A stretch of DNA of 63,940 bases, filler included, from 5 parts of 5 records of this genome joined end to end with filler, not necessarily neighbours in it, one strand, 5' to 3'; counted from the whole stretch's first letter, positions 1 to 10,317 are shown. Program-made: numbers and translations. The notes: generated from the letters alone by a model not told the origin.

Positions 1-63
1 GCGGAGCCATGGATGGCGGAGCCCGAGCGTCACATGGACGTGCCGTAAGGAGCGTGTTTTGGA
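1..63. repeat. Partial palindromic intergenic repeat (REP/MITE-like, CATGGAYG-core element), cut by the window start
   Basis: Two short hairpins with a shared core, GCCAT-GG-ATGGC and CAC-ATGGAC-GTG, plus a duplicated GCGGAGCC, lie downstream of the thiolase stop codon. The layout resembles dispersed repeats of marine gammaproteobacteria. Confidence 0.5.
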
Positions 64-131
64 CACCCACTCCCAACGGGCACTTTCACCCAAGCCAAGG
101 GCAACCGAGGCTTCAGGCAGCAACCAAAGCC

Positions 132-1313
132 TTAGGCAACCTCAAACAATCCAGCAGCACCCATACCGGTGCCGACGCACATGGTGACGACCACATATTT
201 TACGCCCCGGCGTTTGCCTTCGATCAGGGCGTGGCCGACCAGGCGGGAGCCGGTGGTGCCGTAGGGGTGGCCGACGGCGATGGCGCCACCGTTGACGTTC
301 AGGCGGTCCATGGGGATGCCAAGTTTGCGCTGGCAGTACAGAACCTGCACGGCGAAGGCTTCGTTGAGTTCCCACAGACCGATGTCGTCGACGGACAGGC
401 CGGCGCGTTTGAGCAGTTTGGGAACCGCGAAGACCGGGCCGATGCCCATTTCGTCGGGTTCGCAACCAGCAACCGCGAAACCACGGAAGATGCCCAGCGG
501 AGTGGCGCCGCGCTGTTCGGCCACTTTGCTGTCCATCAGCACGCAGGCAGAGGCGCCGTCGGAGAACTGGCTGGCGTTGCCGGCGGTGACTACGCCGCCT
601 TCCATCGCCGAGCGAATCTTGCTGACGCCTTCCAGATTGGTGCCCGGGCGGATGCCTTCGTCCTGGCTGATGGTGACTTCCTGGCTGCTGAGCTGGCCGG
701 TGGCCTTGTCAGCCACGCCCATGGTGGTGGTGATGGGTACGATTTCGTCGTCGAACTTGCCGTCCTCGCGAGCCTGATCCGCCAGGTTCTGGCTGCGGAC
801 GCCGTATTCGTCCATGTCTTCTTTCTTGATGTCGTAACGCTTGGCCACGGTTTCCGCCGTGTCCAGCATGGACCAGTAAAGCTCCGGCTTATTCTTTGCC
901 AGCCAGGGTTCCATGAAGTAGTTCTGGTTCACGTTGGCCTGCACGGTGGAGATGGATTCCACACCGCCGGCAACCATCACCGGTACCCGGTCAACCGCAA
1001 TGTGGTGGGCGGCCATGGCGATGGCCTGCAAGCCGGACGAGCAGAAGCGGTTGATGGTCGCGCCGCCTACGGTCACAGGCAGGCCAGCACGGATGGCACC
1101 CATGCGGGCCACGTCGTTACCGGTGGAGCCTTCTGGCAGGGCGCAGCCCATCAGCACGTCTTCGATCTCGTTGGGGTCGACCTTGGAGCGCTCGACCGCG
1201 TGCTGGATGGCGTGACCGGCCAAAGTTGCGCCGTGGGTCATGTTCAGGCCGCCGCGCCAGGATTTGGCCAGGGGCGTGCGGGCGGTGGATACGATGACAA
1301 CATCATTAGACAT
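132..1313 (-). CDS. Acetyl-CoA C-acyltransferase (3-ketoacyl-CoA thiolase)
   Basis: 393 aa with NRFCSSG catalytic Cys, [16 protein letters not shown] and MCVGTGMG motifs; AAGGAG RBS. Confidence 0.96.
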   Translation of the reverse strand: MSNDVVIVSTARTPLAKSWRGGLNMTHGATLAGHAIQHAVERSKVDPNEIEDVLMGCALPEGSTGNDVARMGAIRAGLPVTVGGATINRFCSSGLQAIAMAAHHIAVDRVPVMVAGGVESISTVQANVNQNYFMEPWLAKNKPELYWSMLDTAETVAKRYDIKKEDMDEYGVRSQNLADQAREDGKFDDEIVPITTTMGVADKATGQLSSQEVTISQDEGIRPGTNLEGVSKIRSAMEGGVVTAGNASQFSDGASACVLMDSKVAEQRGATPLGIFRGFAVAGCEPDEMGIGPVFAVPKLLKRAGLSVDDIGLWELNEAFAVQVLYCQRKLGIPMDRLNVNGGAIAVGHPYGTTGSRLVGHALIEGKRRGVKYVVVTMCVGTGMGAAGLFEVA

Positions 1314-1385
1314 AACAATTCTCCTTCGTTCGAAGCGCCTGTTTATCGATAAAGGGCAGGCGCCCCGAGGGTATTTGTGGACCGG

Positions 1386-3482
1386 TTATTTGGCGTCGAA
1401 ACCTTTGCCTTCCTCAGCGCGCTTGGCCAGCAGCGCTGCGGGCTCCCAGAAACCAGGCTGGGTGTGGCGGTCTTCGGTGAAGGCCTGCATGGCGCGCACC
1501 ACGTTTGGCAGCCCGACTTCCTCGGCGTAGTGCATGGGGCCGCCGCGGAACACGGGGAAGCCGTAACCGGTCAGGTACACCATGTCGATGTCGGAGGCCC
1601 GCTGGGCAATGCCCTCGTCCAGAATCTGGGCGCCTTCGTTCACCAGTGCATAAACGCAACGTTCAACGATTTCCTGATTGCTGATCTTGCGTGGTTTGAT
1701 GCCCAGTTCAGCGCGGACTTCGTCCACCACTTTGTCCACTTCCGGGTCGTGCAGGGCGTTGCGGTTGCCCGGCTCGTAGCGGTAGAAACCGGCACCGGTC
1801 TTCTGGCCGTAGCGGCCCATTTCGCAGATGCGGTCGGCCAGCACCATCTTCACCATGTCAGGGTTTTCCTCGTACTGGCGTTTGCGGATGGCCCAGCCGA
1901 TGTCGCCGCCGGCCAGGTCGGCCATGCGCAGCGGGCCCATGGCAAATCCAAATTTTTCGATGGCCTTGTCGATCTGTTGCACGCTGGCGCCTTCTTCCAG
2001 CATCAGCAGGGCTTCGCGCTGGTACTGGTTGATCATGCGGTTGCCGATAAAGCCGTCGCACACGCCGGAGACCACGGCGGTCTTCTTGATGGTCTTGGCG
2101 AGTTTCATGGCGGTGGCCAGTACGTCCTTGGCAGTTTTCTCGCCACGGACGACTTCCAGCAGCTTCATGATGTTGGCCGGACTGAAGAAGTGCAGGCCGA
2201 TGACGTCTTCCGGGCGCTTGGTGAAGCTGGCGATCTTGTCCAGGTCCAACGTCGAGGTGTTGGAGGCCAGGATCGCGCCCTGTTTGCACACCTCGTCCAG
2301 CTTCTCGAACACGGACTGTTTGACGCCCATCTCTTCGAATACGGCTTCGATCACCAGATCCACGTCGCTCAGGTCGTCATAGGTGAGGGAAGGTTTGAGC
2401 AGAGCCATCTTGGCCTTGGCGTCGTCTTCGCTCATGCGGCCTTTCTTCACACGGCCCTCGTAGACTTTGCGAATGGCTTCCACGCCACGGTCGAGGCCTT
2501 CCTGCTTCATCTCGACCAGCGTCACTGGGATGCCGGCGTTCAGGAAGTTGATGCTGATGCCGGTGCCCATGGTGCCGCCGCCAATCACGCCAATGGATTT
2601 GATGTCTCGGGTCGGGGTGTCGGACGGCACGTCGGCAATCTTGCTGGTCAGGCGTTCGGAGAAAAACGCGTGACGCAGGGCGCGGGATTCCGGCGTTTGC
2701 ATCAGATTGACGAACGCTTCGCGCTCCACTTCCATGCCCTTGTCGAACGGCATGGTGACGGCGGCTTTCACGGCTTCGACGCACTTCAGCGGGGCCGGGT
2801 AGTTCTTGGCCATGGCACCCACGGTGTTCTGGGTGAACATAAAGAAGCCTTCCGGGTTCGGGTGCTTGGCTTTCAGGTCGCGCACTTTTTTCAGTGGAAG
2901 GTTCTCGCTGACCACCTTGGTGGCGTAGGCAATGGCCGCGTCCAGCAATTCGCCGTCGATAATCTCATCGAACAGGGCGCTGCCCTTGAACTGTTTGGCA
3001 GGTACGACGCTGCCGGAGACGATCATATTTACAGCGTGCTCAGCTCCGATGACTCGTGGCAGGCGTTGAGTACCGCCGGCGCCTGGCAGCAGGCCCAATT
3101 TTACTTCCGGCAGGGCGATTTGCGCGTCCGGCTTGGCGATGCGGTAGTGGCAACCCAGGGCCAGTTCCAGTCCGCCGCCCATGCAGGCGCCGCTGATGGC
3201 CGCGATCACCGGCTTGCGGCTGCTTTCCACGTAGTTGACTACCGTGTTCAGGTTGGGTTCGGCAAAGGCTTTGGGAGAGCCGAACTCGCTGATGTCGGCG
3301 CCGCCGGAGAAGGCACGGTCGGAGCCGATCAGTACCACGGCTTTCACTGCATCATCGGCTTCTGCCTGCTGGATACCGTTAACAATACCCCGGCGGAGTT
3401 CAAGGCCCAGACCATTGACGGGCGGGTTGTCGAGTCGGATGACGGCGATGTTGCCGTTCACATCGTAATGGGCAGTACTCAT
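1386..3482 (-). CDS. Bifunctional enoyl-CoA hydratase / 3-hydroxyacyl-CoA dehydrogenase (FadB/PimF-like)
   Basis: Crotonase N-terminus (FSGGADI, GGGLELAL, LPEVKLG), then GGGTMG Rossmann fold, SNTSTL and GLHFFSPA. Start reassigned to ATG 3482 (MSTAHY), which has a GGGAG RBS. Confidence 0.95.
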   Translation of the reverse strand: MSTAHYDVNGNIAVIRLDNPPVNGLGLELRRGIVNGIQQAEADDAVKAVVLIGSDRAFSGGADISEFGSPKAFAEPNLNTVVNYVESSRKPVIAAISGACMGGGLELALGCHYRIAKPDAQIALPEVKLGLLPGAGGTQRLPRVIGAEHAVNMIVSGSVVPAKQFKGSALFDEIIDGELLDAAIAYATKVVSENLPLKKVRDLKAKHPNPEGFFMFTQNTVGAMAKNYPAPLKCVEAVKAAVTMPFDKGMEVEREAFVNLMQTPESRALRHAFFSERLTSKIADVPSDTPTRDIKSIGVIGGGTMGTGISINFLNAGIPVTLVEMKQEGLDRGVEAIRKVYEGRVKKGRMSEDDAKAKMALLKPSLTYDDLSDVDLVIEAVFEEMGVKQSVFEKLDEVCKQGAILASNTSTLDLDKIASFTKRPEDVIGLHFFSPANIMKLLEVVRGEKTAKDVLATAMKLAKTIKKTAVVSGVCDGFIGNRMINQYQREALLMLEEGASVQQIDKAIEKFGFAMGPLRMADLAGGDIGWAIRKRQYEENPDMVKMVLADRICEMGRYGQKTGAGFYRYEPGNRNALHDPEVDKVVDEVRAELGIKPRKISNQEIVERCVYALVNEGAQILDEGIAQRASDIDMVYLTGYGFPVFRGGPMHYAEEVGLPNVVRAMQAFTEDRHTQPGFWEPAALLAKRAEEGKGFDAK

Positions 3483-3543
3483 GTAGCAGCTCCCTGATAC
3501 TGGCATTGGATAGTAGGCGGTGTACGGAAGACCTGTTGAATTA

Positions 3544-3584
3544 TCCATACACTGGTGTATTGTTTGTCCATACACTAATGTATG
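3544..3584. promoter_or_regulatory. Tandem palindromic operator, probably for the adjacent TetR
   Basis: ATACAC-TG-GTGTAT (3547-3560) and CATACA-CTAA-TGTATG (3569-3584). TCCATACACT repeats at 23-bp spacing in the divergent intergenic region. Confidence 0.7.
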
Positions 3585-3672
3585 TTTTGGGCGGGGTCAA
3601 CGCTTTCAAACATGGCTCCGCTGTTGATGTAGAATTCACACCCAACAGCCAGTAGCAGGACCAGATTCCACC

Positions 3673-4293
3673 ATGACGGATGCCAAACCTCAGAAACGCC
3701 GCAGCCGCAAGACGCCGGAAAAAGCTCAGTTGACCCGCGACGACTGGCTGGATGCGGCCGCCGGCGAGGTTGCAGCCGGTGGTTTCAGCAACCTGAGGGT
3801 GCTGACCCTGGCAAAAAAGCTCGGTGTGACCCGTGGCAGTTTTTACTGGCACTTCAAGGACCACGAAGACCTGGTGGTGCGTTTCCTCAACCGCTGGCGG
3901 GACCGGCGTCTGCACGAGCTTCAGTACTGGAAACCCAAGGGCGGGGATGTCGAAACCGAATTGCGGCAAATTCTGGAACTGTTGCTTACCGATGCGTCCC
4001 GTAATATCCGTCGCCTGCAGGTGGAGCTGGCGGTGCGGGATTTTGCCCGCAGAAATGACTACGCGGCTGATCTGGTCACGCAGGTGGACGAAGCGCGCAT
4101 CAATCAGAATTGCGAGTTGTATGAACGGTTGAGCAGTGATCCCCAGCGCATTCGCGATCTGTCGCTGCTGATGTACGTGGCCACCATCGGCTCCCAGGTG
4201 GTGCTTACGGGGAAGAAGGGCGATGCTGAAACCATACGCCGGGTGGAAGACTTGATGGCGCGCGTGGCGTTGGGGCAGCGTGATGACGGTTAG
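3673..4293 (+). CDS. TetR/AcrR family transcriptional regulator
   Basis: N-terminal HTH LAKKLGVTRGSFYWHF; divergent from the beta-oxidation genes. Confidence 0.93.
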   Translation: MTDAKPQKRRSRKTPEKAQLTRDDWLDAAAGEVAAGGFSNLRVLTLAKKLGVTRGSFYWHFKDHEDLVVRFLNRWRDRRLHELQYWKPKGGDVETELRQILELLLTDASRNIRRLQVELAVRDFARRNDYAADLVTQVDEARINQNCELYERLSSDPQRIRDLSLLMYVATIGSQVVLTGKKGDAETIRRVEDLMARVALGQRDDG

Positions 4294-5101
4294 ATGGCTG
4301 GCCCTGATCCTGCTGGGGCTCTGTGCCGGCGCCGTTCATGCAGCCGGAGATGAATGTATGGACGGCGCCACCACTGAACTGGAACAGATGTATTGTCGCG
4401 TAGTGAGCGAAGGGCTTGGCGGGGGCTTGCCGTCCCCCACGGATTTCAAGCGCAACGATCCGCAGGTGCAGGCATTGCTTCTGCGGCGCCCTGCCGGGCG
4501 ACTGGGCCTGGAAGTGCCTGAGCCGGGTGCTCCCGCGCAAGCCGACTCCAGCCCCGGATCGTCTGGCGCGGAACCGGAACCCGTTCGAACCGGGTCTGAA
4601 GAAGACCCGTCGCAAAGCGGGTTGCTTTCGGATTGCCAACTGGAAGGCCAACGCATTGCCTGTCCCCGGCAGCGCTATGATCTGGTCTCAAACCAACCCA
4701 ACAGCCAGCTGGCGGAAGGGGCCCTGGCGGAGGATAACCGCCTTGGTCTGCGTCCGTTCGAGGGCAACCGCGATGATTCAGAGGCCGTGCGCCGATACCT
4801 CTCCAAGGCGTACGACCGCTACATCCCCGCGATGGTGGACATCGGCCTGGGCGCCAACACCATGAGCTTCACGGCGTTCCACAACGCCTTTCACACCATT
4901 GAGGATGGCGGCGTCGACTTTGCCCGGCGTATGGAGCAGACCTTCACCTTGCTGAAGCAGGACAAGAAAAAACTCGCGGTAAAAGCCCGTTACCACAACG
5001 AGCTTCCGCAGGACCTGTCCCTGTGCACGGTGATCAACCGCGAGATCGTGGTGTGTGACAACGTCGGCACCAACTGGGTGTACGTCAGCCCGTCGAGGTA
5101 A
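4280..5101 (+). CDS. Hypothetical exported protein
   Basis: 273 aa; signal-peptide-like N-terminus (..GAVHA|A); Pro/Ser-rich linker; paired Cys; host-like codon usage; overlaps the TetR stop. Confidence 0.75.
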   Translation: MMTVRWLALILLGLCAGAVHAAGDECMDGATTELEQMYCRVVSEGLGGGLPSPTDFKRNDPQVQALLLRRPAGRLGLEVPEPGAPAQADSSPGSSGAEPEPVRTGSEEDPSQSGLLSDCQLEGQRIACPRQRYDLVSNQPNSQLAEGALAEDNRLGLRPFEGNRDDSEAVRRYLSKAYDRYIPAMVDIGLGANTMSFTAFHNAFHTIEDGGVDFARRMEQTFTLLKQDKKKLAVKARYHNELPQDLSLCTVINREIVVCDNVGTNWVYVSPSR

Positions 5102-5105
5102 CAGC

Positions 5106-5978
5106 TCAGGCTGTGTCCAGGAAATCGTTGAGATACCCGGCGACGGCTTCGGGTTGCTCTTCCTGCAGGAAGTGGCCAGCCTCCACCTCCTTCACTCGCA
5201 GGTCTGCGAAGCATTCCTCAATATGATTGAGGTACTCCGGAATGATCACCTTGTCCTTGTTGCCGTAGATATACAGGGCGGGCATGGGCCACGTATGGTC
5301 TGCCGTGGTGGCCCAGCGTTTGGCGTCTTCGTGGAAGGTGCGGTAGTAATTGGAGCTGGTACCCGGCGTTCCCGGAATCCGGAAGGTGCGCACGTATTCG
5401 TCGAATGCGTCCCGTGGAAACGGGTCGCGGTTCCAGGTGCGCAGGAAATGCCCCAGCCAGGTCTCTTCGGCGCCCGGAATCATCGCTTCAGGCAGGCCTG
5501 GCGTCTGCATGAAGTGCTGATACCAGTAGGCTGCACCGCTGCTGGCGCGGACCTTCTCGATCACTTCCTGGTTGCCCTTGAGGTTGTTGATGATGGCGAT
5601 GTTCATGATCACCAACCTTTGCACTCGGTCGGGGATGGCCAGTGCGACTTCCTGGGCGACGATGCCGCCCCAGTCGTGGCCCACCAGCTGAAACTCGTCA
5701 ATACCAAGCTGGTCCAGCAGGCTGATCACATCCTGTGCCATTTCCTGCTTGCGGTAGTGTTCGATGTCCGGGCTGCGTTCACTGTCGCCCAGTCCTCTCA
5801 GGTCGGGGGCGATGATGCGAAAACCCGCCTTCAGATACGCTGCCACGTGCTCCCAGCAGTAGGAGCTCTCCGGCCAGCCGTGGATCATCACCAGCGCCTT
5901 GCCACCGGGTGCCCCGCCTTCTCGCCAGGCGAAGCGTCCCCGGGGCGTTTGTCGCTGTTTTGGTTCAGACAGGTGCAT
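5106..5978 (-). CDS. Alpha/beta hydrolase, epoxide hydrolase / haloacetate dehalogenase-like
   Basis: HGWPE oxyanion motif, DLRGLGDS, GHDWGG (Asp nucleophile) and AGHF. Start set at ATG 5978 with GGAG RBS. Confidence 0.9.
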   Translation of the reverse strand: MHLSEPKQRQTPRGRFAWREGGAPGGKALVMIHGWPESSYCWEHVAAYLKAGFRIIAPDLRGLGDSERSPDIEHYRKQEMAQDVISLLDQLGIDEFQLVGHDWGGIVAQEVALAIPDRVQRLVIMNIAIINNLKGNQEVIEKVRASSGAAYWYQHFMQTPGLPEAMIPGAEETWLGHFLRTWNRDPFPRDAFDEYVRTFRIPGTPGTSSNYYRTFHEDAKRWATTADHTWPMPALYIYGNKDKVIIPEYLNHIEECFADLRVKEVEAGHFLQEEQPEAVAGYLNDFLDTA

Positions 5979-6044
5979 GGCTGGGCTCCGTGAATGCGAA
6001 TGGTACTGCTGCCAGACCATAAACGGACTGACGCAATCGCGCAA

Positions 6045-6953
6045 TCAGAGGGTGTCCACCGGCCTGCCCAGATCCCGAAGCACCGTGTCTACAACCATGG
6101 GGCTCCATAGCAGGCGGTGGTGGCCCAGGCCACGGGTGCGGAGTACGTTGGCGTTTTCCCAGTTGTTGAAAACCCGTTCGCTTTCGTCTGGCGAGATGGA
6201 GGTGTCATCGTCATCAATGACCATCAGGCCTCGCTGGGTGAGGGTCCGTGACAGGGCTTCCAGGTCCAGTTGCTCCCAGACGGATTTGCCGAAACGCTCC
6301 TCCATCAATTGCAGATGCACCGCCAGAACGTTCTGACTCAGGCCGAGTTGACGGCCCAGGTTATCCATCACCGCCGTGAGGCTGACAGGGGGCGCCAGCA
6401 TGACCAGATAATCAGGCTGAAGGCCGTCCGCGATTGCGCGGGCAGCGGCAATGCAGCCAATGGAATGGGCCAGCACCCCGTGGACCCGGCCGACGCTGGC
6501 CGCCACCCTGGCAACGACTTCGGCCATCTCGAACAGGTTGGTGCTCTCGCCCTGGGCACGGCCGTGGGCGGGGGCGTCGAACAGCACCACACGATAGCCG
6601 GCTTCCACCAGCGGGTTGACCCAGGCGCCGAACTGGATGCCGGCACCGGCCCAGCCGTGAACGCCCAGAATCACAGGCCCCTGGCCCCAGGAATACACCG
6701 GAATGGTCCGGGCGCCGTGCTGCAGCTGGGTATAGCTGTCAGCATTGTCCAGCAGGTATTCATAGCGGGATGGCATGGGCAGGCGCGAGGGCCTGAACGC
6801 CATGCGGTTAACCAGCCGGCCGGCTTTTTCAGGAGCCATTCGACCGTAGAGTTGAAGTGCCAGGCGGATGGGCGAAAACCCCTTCGGGCCTTCAACCTTG
6901 TGGGTTGTCGGTCGCTCGAAGATCACTGATTGAGTGTTCAGTTGTGAGGTCAT
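6045..6953 (-). CDS. Alpha/beta hydrolase (putative esterase/thioesterase)
   Basis: VHGWAG, DAPAHG, AHSIG (Ser nucleophile) and GLGHHR motifs. Confidence 0.88.
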   Translation of the reverse strand: MTSQLNTQSVIFERPTTHKVEGPKGFSPIRLALQLYGRMAPEKAGRLVNRMAFRPSRLPMPSRYEYLLDNADSYTQLQHGARTIPVYSWGQGPVILGVHGWAGAGIQFGAWVNPLVEAGYRVVLFDAPAHGRAQGESTNLFEMAEVVARVAASVGRVHGVLAHSIGCIAAARAIADGLQPDYLVMLAPPVSLTAVMDNLGRQLGLSQNVLAVHLQLMEERFGKSVWEQLDLEALSRTLTQRGLMVIDDDDTSISPDESERVFNNWENANVLRTRGLGHHRLLWSPMVVDTVLRDLGRPVDTL

Positions 6954-7063
6954 GGTGAAAGTCCTTCTTCCAGTGGTAGTGGATGACAGGTTCAGGTTAG
7001 GGCTTGCGGGTTGCCAGCAGGAGTGTCATATTTGACATATAAAGTGCTGAAAGGGCCATTTAC

Positions 7064-8068
7064 ATGTTCAACGTTGCCATTGTTGCCTTTCCCAACTGCC
7101 ATGCCTCCGGTGTGCACGGCATCATGGATTTCTTCACCGTTGCCAACTTCTGCGGCCGCGCTCCGGCTGGCCGTAGCGAGCCCCTGTTTAATTGCCAGGT
7201 GGTGACGGTGGACGACCAGCCAGTCCGCGGGTACAGCGGCGCGGTGGTGACGCCAACCTGCAAGCGTGGGGATTTCGAGCCGGACCTGATCGTGGTGGGC
7301 TCCTCGGTGGAAGCCGCCGTGGGCGCGGAACGGCTGGAGAAGACGCTTGCACCCTCAAGACCGCTTTACGGCTGGTTGCGGGACGGGCTGGAAAGGGGCG
7401 CCGTGCTGGCGAGCGTCTGCACCGGCAGTTTCGTACTGGCGGAGGCGGGTTTGCTGGACGACCAGGTGGCGACCACCCACTGGCGGGCAGCGCCGCTGTT
7501 CCGTGCCCGCTATCCACACCTGCGCCTGGAGGAAGACCAGTTGCTGGTGGATAACGGCCGCATCATCTGTGCCGGCGGCGCCACTGCGTTTGTGGATCTG
7601 TGTAGTTACCTGGTGGAGCGCTTCTCGTCACCGTCGGTTGCCCTGGCCTGCAGCAAGATGCTGGTGCTGGACGGCCGCCGGGCGGAGCAAACGCCCTACA
7701 TGGCCTTCTACAGCCAGAAAGCCCATCAGGATGACGCTATCCGCAAGGCTCAGTCCTGGCTTGAACAGCACTACGCCGATGCACTGACCATCGACGAAGT
7801 GGCTGCCGTAGCGGGCCTCGGCACCCGCACCTTCAAGCGTCGTTTCAAGGAAGCCACTGGCGAAACCCCGATCGGCTACCTGCAGCATCTTCGGATCGAG
7901 GCGGCCAAGCACCTGCTGGAATCCAGCCGCGAACAGACTGCACGCATCATCTGGAGTGTGGGTTACGAAGATGCCAGTTCGTTCCGGAGGCTGTTTAAAC
8001 GCACGGTAGGCTGTACCATGGAGCAATACCGCAAGCGTTTCAGCTATGTATCCCCAAAAGTGGCCTGA
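7064..8068 (+). CDS. GlxA-family regulator (DJ-1/PfpI amidase-like domain + AraC HTH)
   Basis: [15 protein letters not shown] and ATTHW motifs; C-terminal AraC double HTH ([15 protein letters not shown]). Confidence 0.93.
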   Translation: MFNVAIVAFPNCHASGVHGIMDFFTVANFCGRAPAGRSEPLFNCQVVTVDDQPVRGYSGAVVTPTCKRGDFEPDLIVVGSSVEAAVGAERLEKTLAPSRPLYGWLRDGLERGAVLASVCTGSFVLAEAGLLDDQVATTHWRAAPLFRARYPHLRLEEDQLLVDNGRIICAGGATAFVDLCSYLVERFSSPSVALACSKMLVLDGRRAEQTPYMAFYSQKAHQDDAIRKAQSWLEQHYADALTIDEVAAVAGLGTRTFKRRFKEATGETPIGYLQHLRIEAAKHLLESSREQTARIIWSVGYEDASSFRRLFKRTVGCTMEQYRKRFSYVSPKVA

Positions 8069-8103
8069 TGCCCCGACGATCCCCGACCGAAGACAGGACT
8101 CCC

Positions 8104-9051
8104 ATGCCCGGCAAAAACTCCACCCGCCTCAACAAATACATCAGCGAGAGTGGCATGTGTTCCCGGCGGGAGGCCGACCGCTATATCGAGAACGGCAACG
8201 TTGCCATTAATGGCAAGGCGGCCCAGGTGGGCGATCAGGTGCTGCCCGGTGACAAAGTCACGGTGAACGGTCAGTTGATCGAGCCGCGAGACGAAGAGGA
8301 CCTGATCTTTATCGCCCTCAACAAGCCCGTGGGCGTGGTCAGCACCACCGACCCGGCGGAGCGCCGTAACATCGTCAACCATGTGGGTCACGGTGAGCGG
8401 ATCTTCCCCATTGGCCGACTGGACAAGGACTCCCAAGGGCTGATTTTCCTCACCAGCAACGGTGATCTGGTGAACAAAATCCTGCGCGCGGGCAACAACC
8501 ACGAGAAGGAATACCTGGTCACCGTCAACAAGCCGGTGACCGCAGAATTCGTGCAGGGTATGAGCGCCGGGGTACCGATACTGGGCACGGTCACCAAACG
8601 CTGCCAGGTCGAAAAGGTGTCCCGTTTCGTGTTCCGTATTACCTTGGTTCAGGGCCTGAACCGACAGATTCGTCGCATGTGCGAGTTCTTTGATTACGAG
8701 GTCACGAAGCTCGAGCGTGTGCGCATCATGAATATCAGCCTCAAAGGACTAGCAGTCGGAGAGTGGCGGGATCTGGGGCCGAAGGAGTTGGCCGGGTTGT
8801 TTGACATGATCCGCGATTCGTCCTCGGAAGTGAGCTCCGATACCCGTAGCGAAACGAAAAAGCCGGTGAGCAAGCGGCCTGGCAAAAAGCCCCGGACATC
8901 GCCATCGGGACCTCGTGGAAAGGGCGTAAAGGCAGGACAGCCCGGTAGGCCAGGAAAGCCCGCTGGAAAACACGGCAAACCCTCGCGCCCGGGAAAACCC
9001 GGCAAGCCGGGGAAGCCACGCAAACCCAGGCAAAGCAGCGTTAAGCGCTAG
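8104..9051 (+). CDS. rluF: 23S rRNA pseudouridine(2604) synthase RluF
   Basis: S4 domain ([18 protein letters not shown]), catalytic [19 protein letters not shown] and a basic C-terminal tail. ATG 8104 follows an AGGA RBS. Confidence 0.93.
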   Translation: MPGKNSTRLNKYISESGMCSRREADRYIENGNVAINGKAAQVGDQVLPGDKVTVNGQLIEPRDEEDLIFIALNKPVGVVSTTDPAERRNIVNHVGHGERIFPIGRLDKDSQGLIFLTSNGDLVNKILRAGNNHEKEYLVTVNKPVTAEFVQGMSAGVPILGTVTKRCQVEKVSRFVFRITLVQGLNRQIRRMCEFFDYEVTKLERVRIMNISLKGLAVGEWRDLGPKELAGLFDMIRDSSSEVSSDTRSETKKPVSKRPGKKPRTSPSGPRGKGVKAGQPGRPGKPAGKHGKPSRPGKPGKPGKPRKPRQSSVKR

Positions 9052-9130
9052 GATACGTTCACTTCCGTACGGCACGAAGGCGCCACTGTCGCTATGCTAT
9101 ACCGTTTTTACCCCTGACCGGATATTCTGA

Positions 9131-9763
9131 ATGTTTGAAGCGTTTATCAGTACCTACATCAGCAGCACGATCCGTTTTCTGTTCCTGCTGGCGCCGTTCT
9201 TTGTGGTGACCATGTTCCTGGCGCTCACCCGGGGCCTGCCGGCGGCGGAAAAGAGTTCGATCATCCGCCGTTCCACGGTGTCCGCGTTGATCCTCGGGCT
9301 GGTGCTGTTCTTTGCCGGGCCACTGTTGTTCAGTGCCATTGGCATTACCCTGAATTCGTTCCGGATCGGTGCTGGCAGCCTGCTGTTCCTGACCGCCATC
9401 AGCCTGGTCACCAGTGGTACCCGCAACCACGCCACGGGGTTGCCGGATGAAGACCGCGATGACATTGCCGTGGTGCCACTGGCGATTCCGGTGATGATAG
9501 GCCCTGCGACCATCGGTGCCATCCTGGTTTACGGGGCCGAGCTGAACGCTGTGCCGGAAGTGGCCGGAGGGCTTCTGGGGCTGGTGTCGGGGCTGGTTAT
9601 CCTGGCGGTTCTACTGCACTTGTCCGGATACCTGGAAAAGGCGCTGGGCAAGACCGGGCTGAACATACTCTCCAAGATCAGCGGCCTGATTCTGTCTGCC
9701 ATGGCGGCGGAAATTGTTCTAACGGGCATCGCTGGATTTATTGCTTCCACGTCGGCCTCCTGA
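9131..9763 (+). CDS. MarC family inner-membrane protein
   Basis: About six hydrophobic segments; FRIGAG and IAVVPLAIPVMIGPATI signature. Confidence 0.9.
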   Translation: MFEAFISTYISSTIRFLFLLAPFFVVTMFLALTRGLPAAEKSSIIRRSTVSALILGLVLFFAGPLLFSAIGITLNSFRIGAGSLLFLTAISLVTSGTRNHATGLPDEDRDDIAVVPLAIPVMIGPATIGAILVYGAELNAVPEVAGGLLGLVSGLVILAVLLHLSGYLEKALGKTGLNILSKISGLILSAMAAEIVLTGIAGFIASTSAS

Positions 9764-10317
9764 TGTCTTTCGATACCGTAGCGCACAATCGCAGTCGCCA
9801 GCAGTTTAACGGGGTGTCTTCCGTGTGGCTGTTCGGCTATGGCTCGCTGATCTACAAGGTGGACTTCCCCTTCCTTGAGCAGCAGCCGGCGACGATTGAA
9901 GGCTGGGCCCGGCGTTTCTGGCAGGGCTCCCATGATCATCGCGGTACTCCGGAGGCTCCCGGGCGTGTGGTCACGCTGATCAGCCAGCCTGGTGCGACAT
10001 GCAAGGGTATGGCCTATCGGGTATCACCGGACGTGTTTGAGCACCTGGATGTACGTGAGAAGAACGGCTACCTGCGCTTCAGCACGACCATGACATTTGA
10101 TGACGGTAGCAATGCGGAAGGCCTTGTTTATATTGCCACCGAGGACAACGCCGCTTTTCTGGGGCCCGCTTCGACGCTCGACATTGCCAGCCAGATTGCG
10201 CGTTCGTCCGGGCCAAGTGGCCCTAACAGCGAGTATCTGCTGAAACTGGCGGACGCTTTGCGTACGCTGGGTGATCATGATCCCCACGTGTTTGAGCTGG
10301 AATCCCACCTGCGTTGA
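9763..10317 (+). CDS. chaC: Glutathione-specific gamma-glutamylcyclotransferase (ChaC family)
   Basis: WLFGYGSLI, RFWQGSHDHRGTPEAPGRV, LDVRE and GPSGPNSEYL motifs. Confidence 0.92.
   Translation: MSFDTVAHNRSRQQFNGVSSVWLFGYGSLIYKVDFPFLEQQPATIEGWARRFWQGSHDHRGTPEAPGRVVTLISQPGATCKGMAYRVSPDVFEHLDVREKNGYLRFSTTMTFDDGSNAEGLVYIATEDNAAFLGPASTLDIASQIARSSGPSGPNSEYLLKLADALRTLGDHDPHVFELESHLR

Noticed and set aside
9-3497. Long + strand ORFs 9-1352 and 1377-3497, and similar shadows such as 12635-14812, 20178-21602, 24861-26312, 29899-31530 and 31645-33312
   Set aside because: They are antisense to well-supported genes, have no recognisable motifs, and are expected from GC-rich codon bias.
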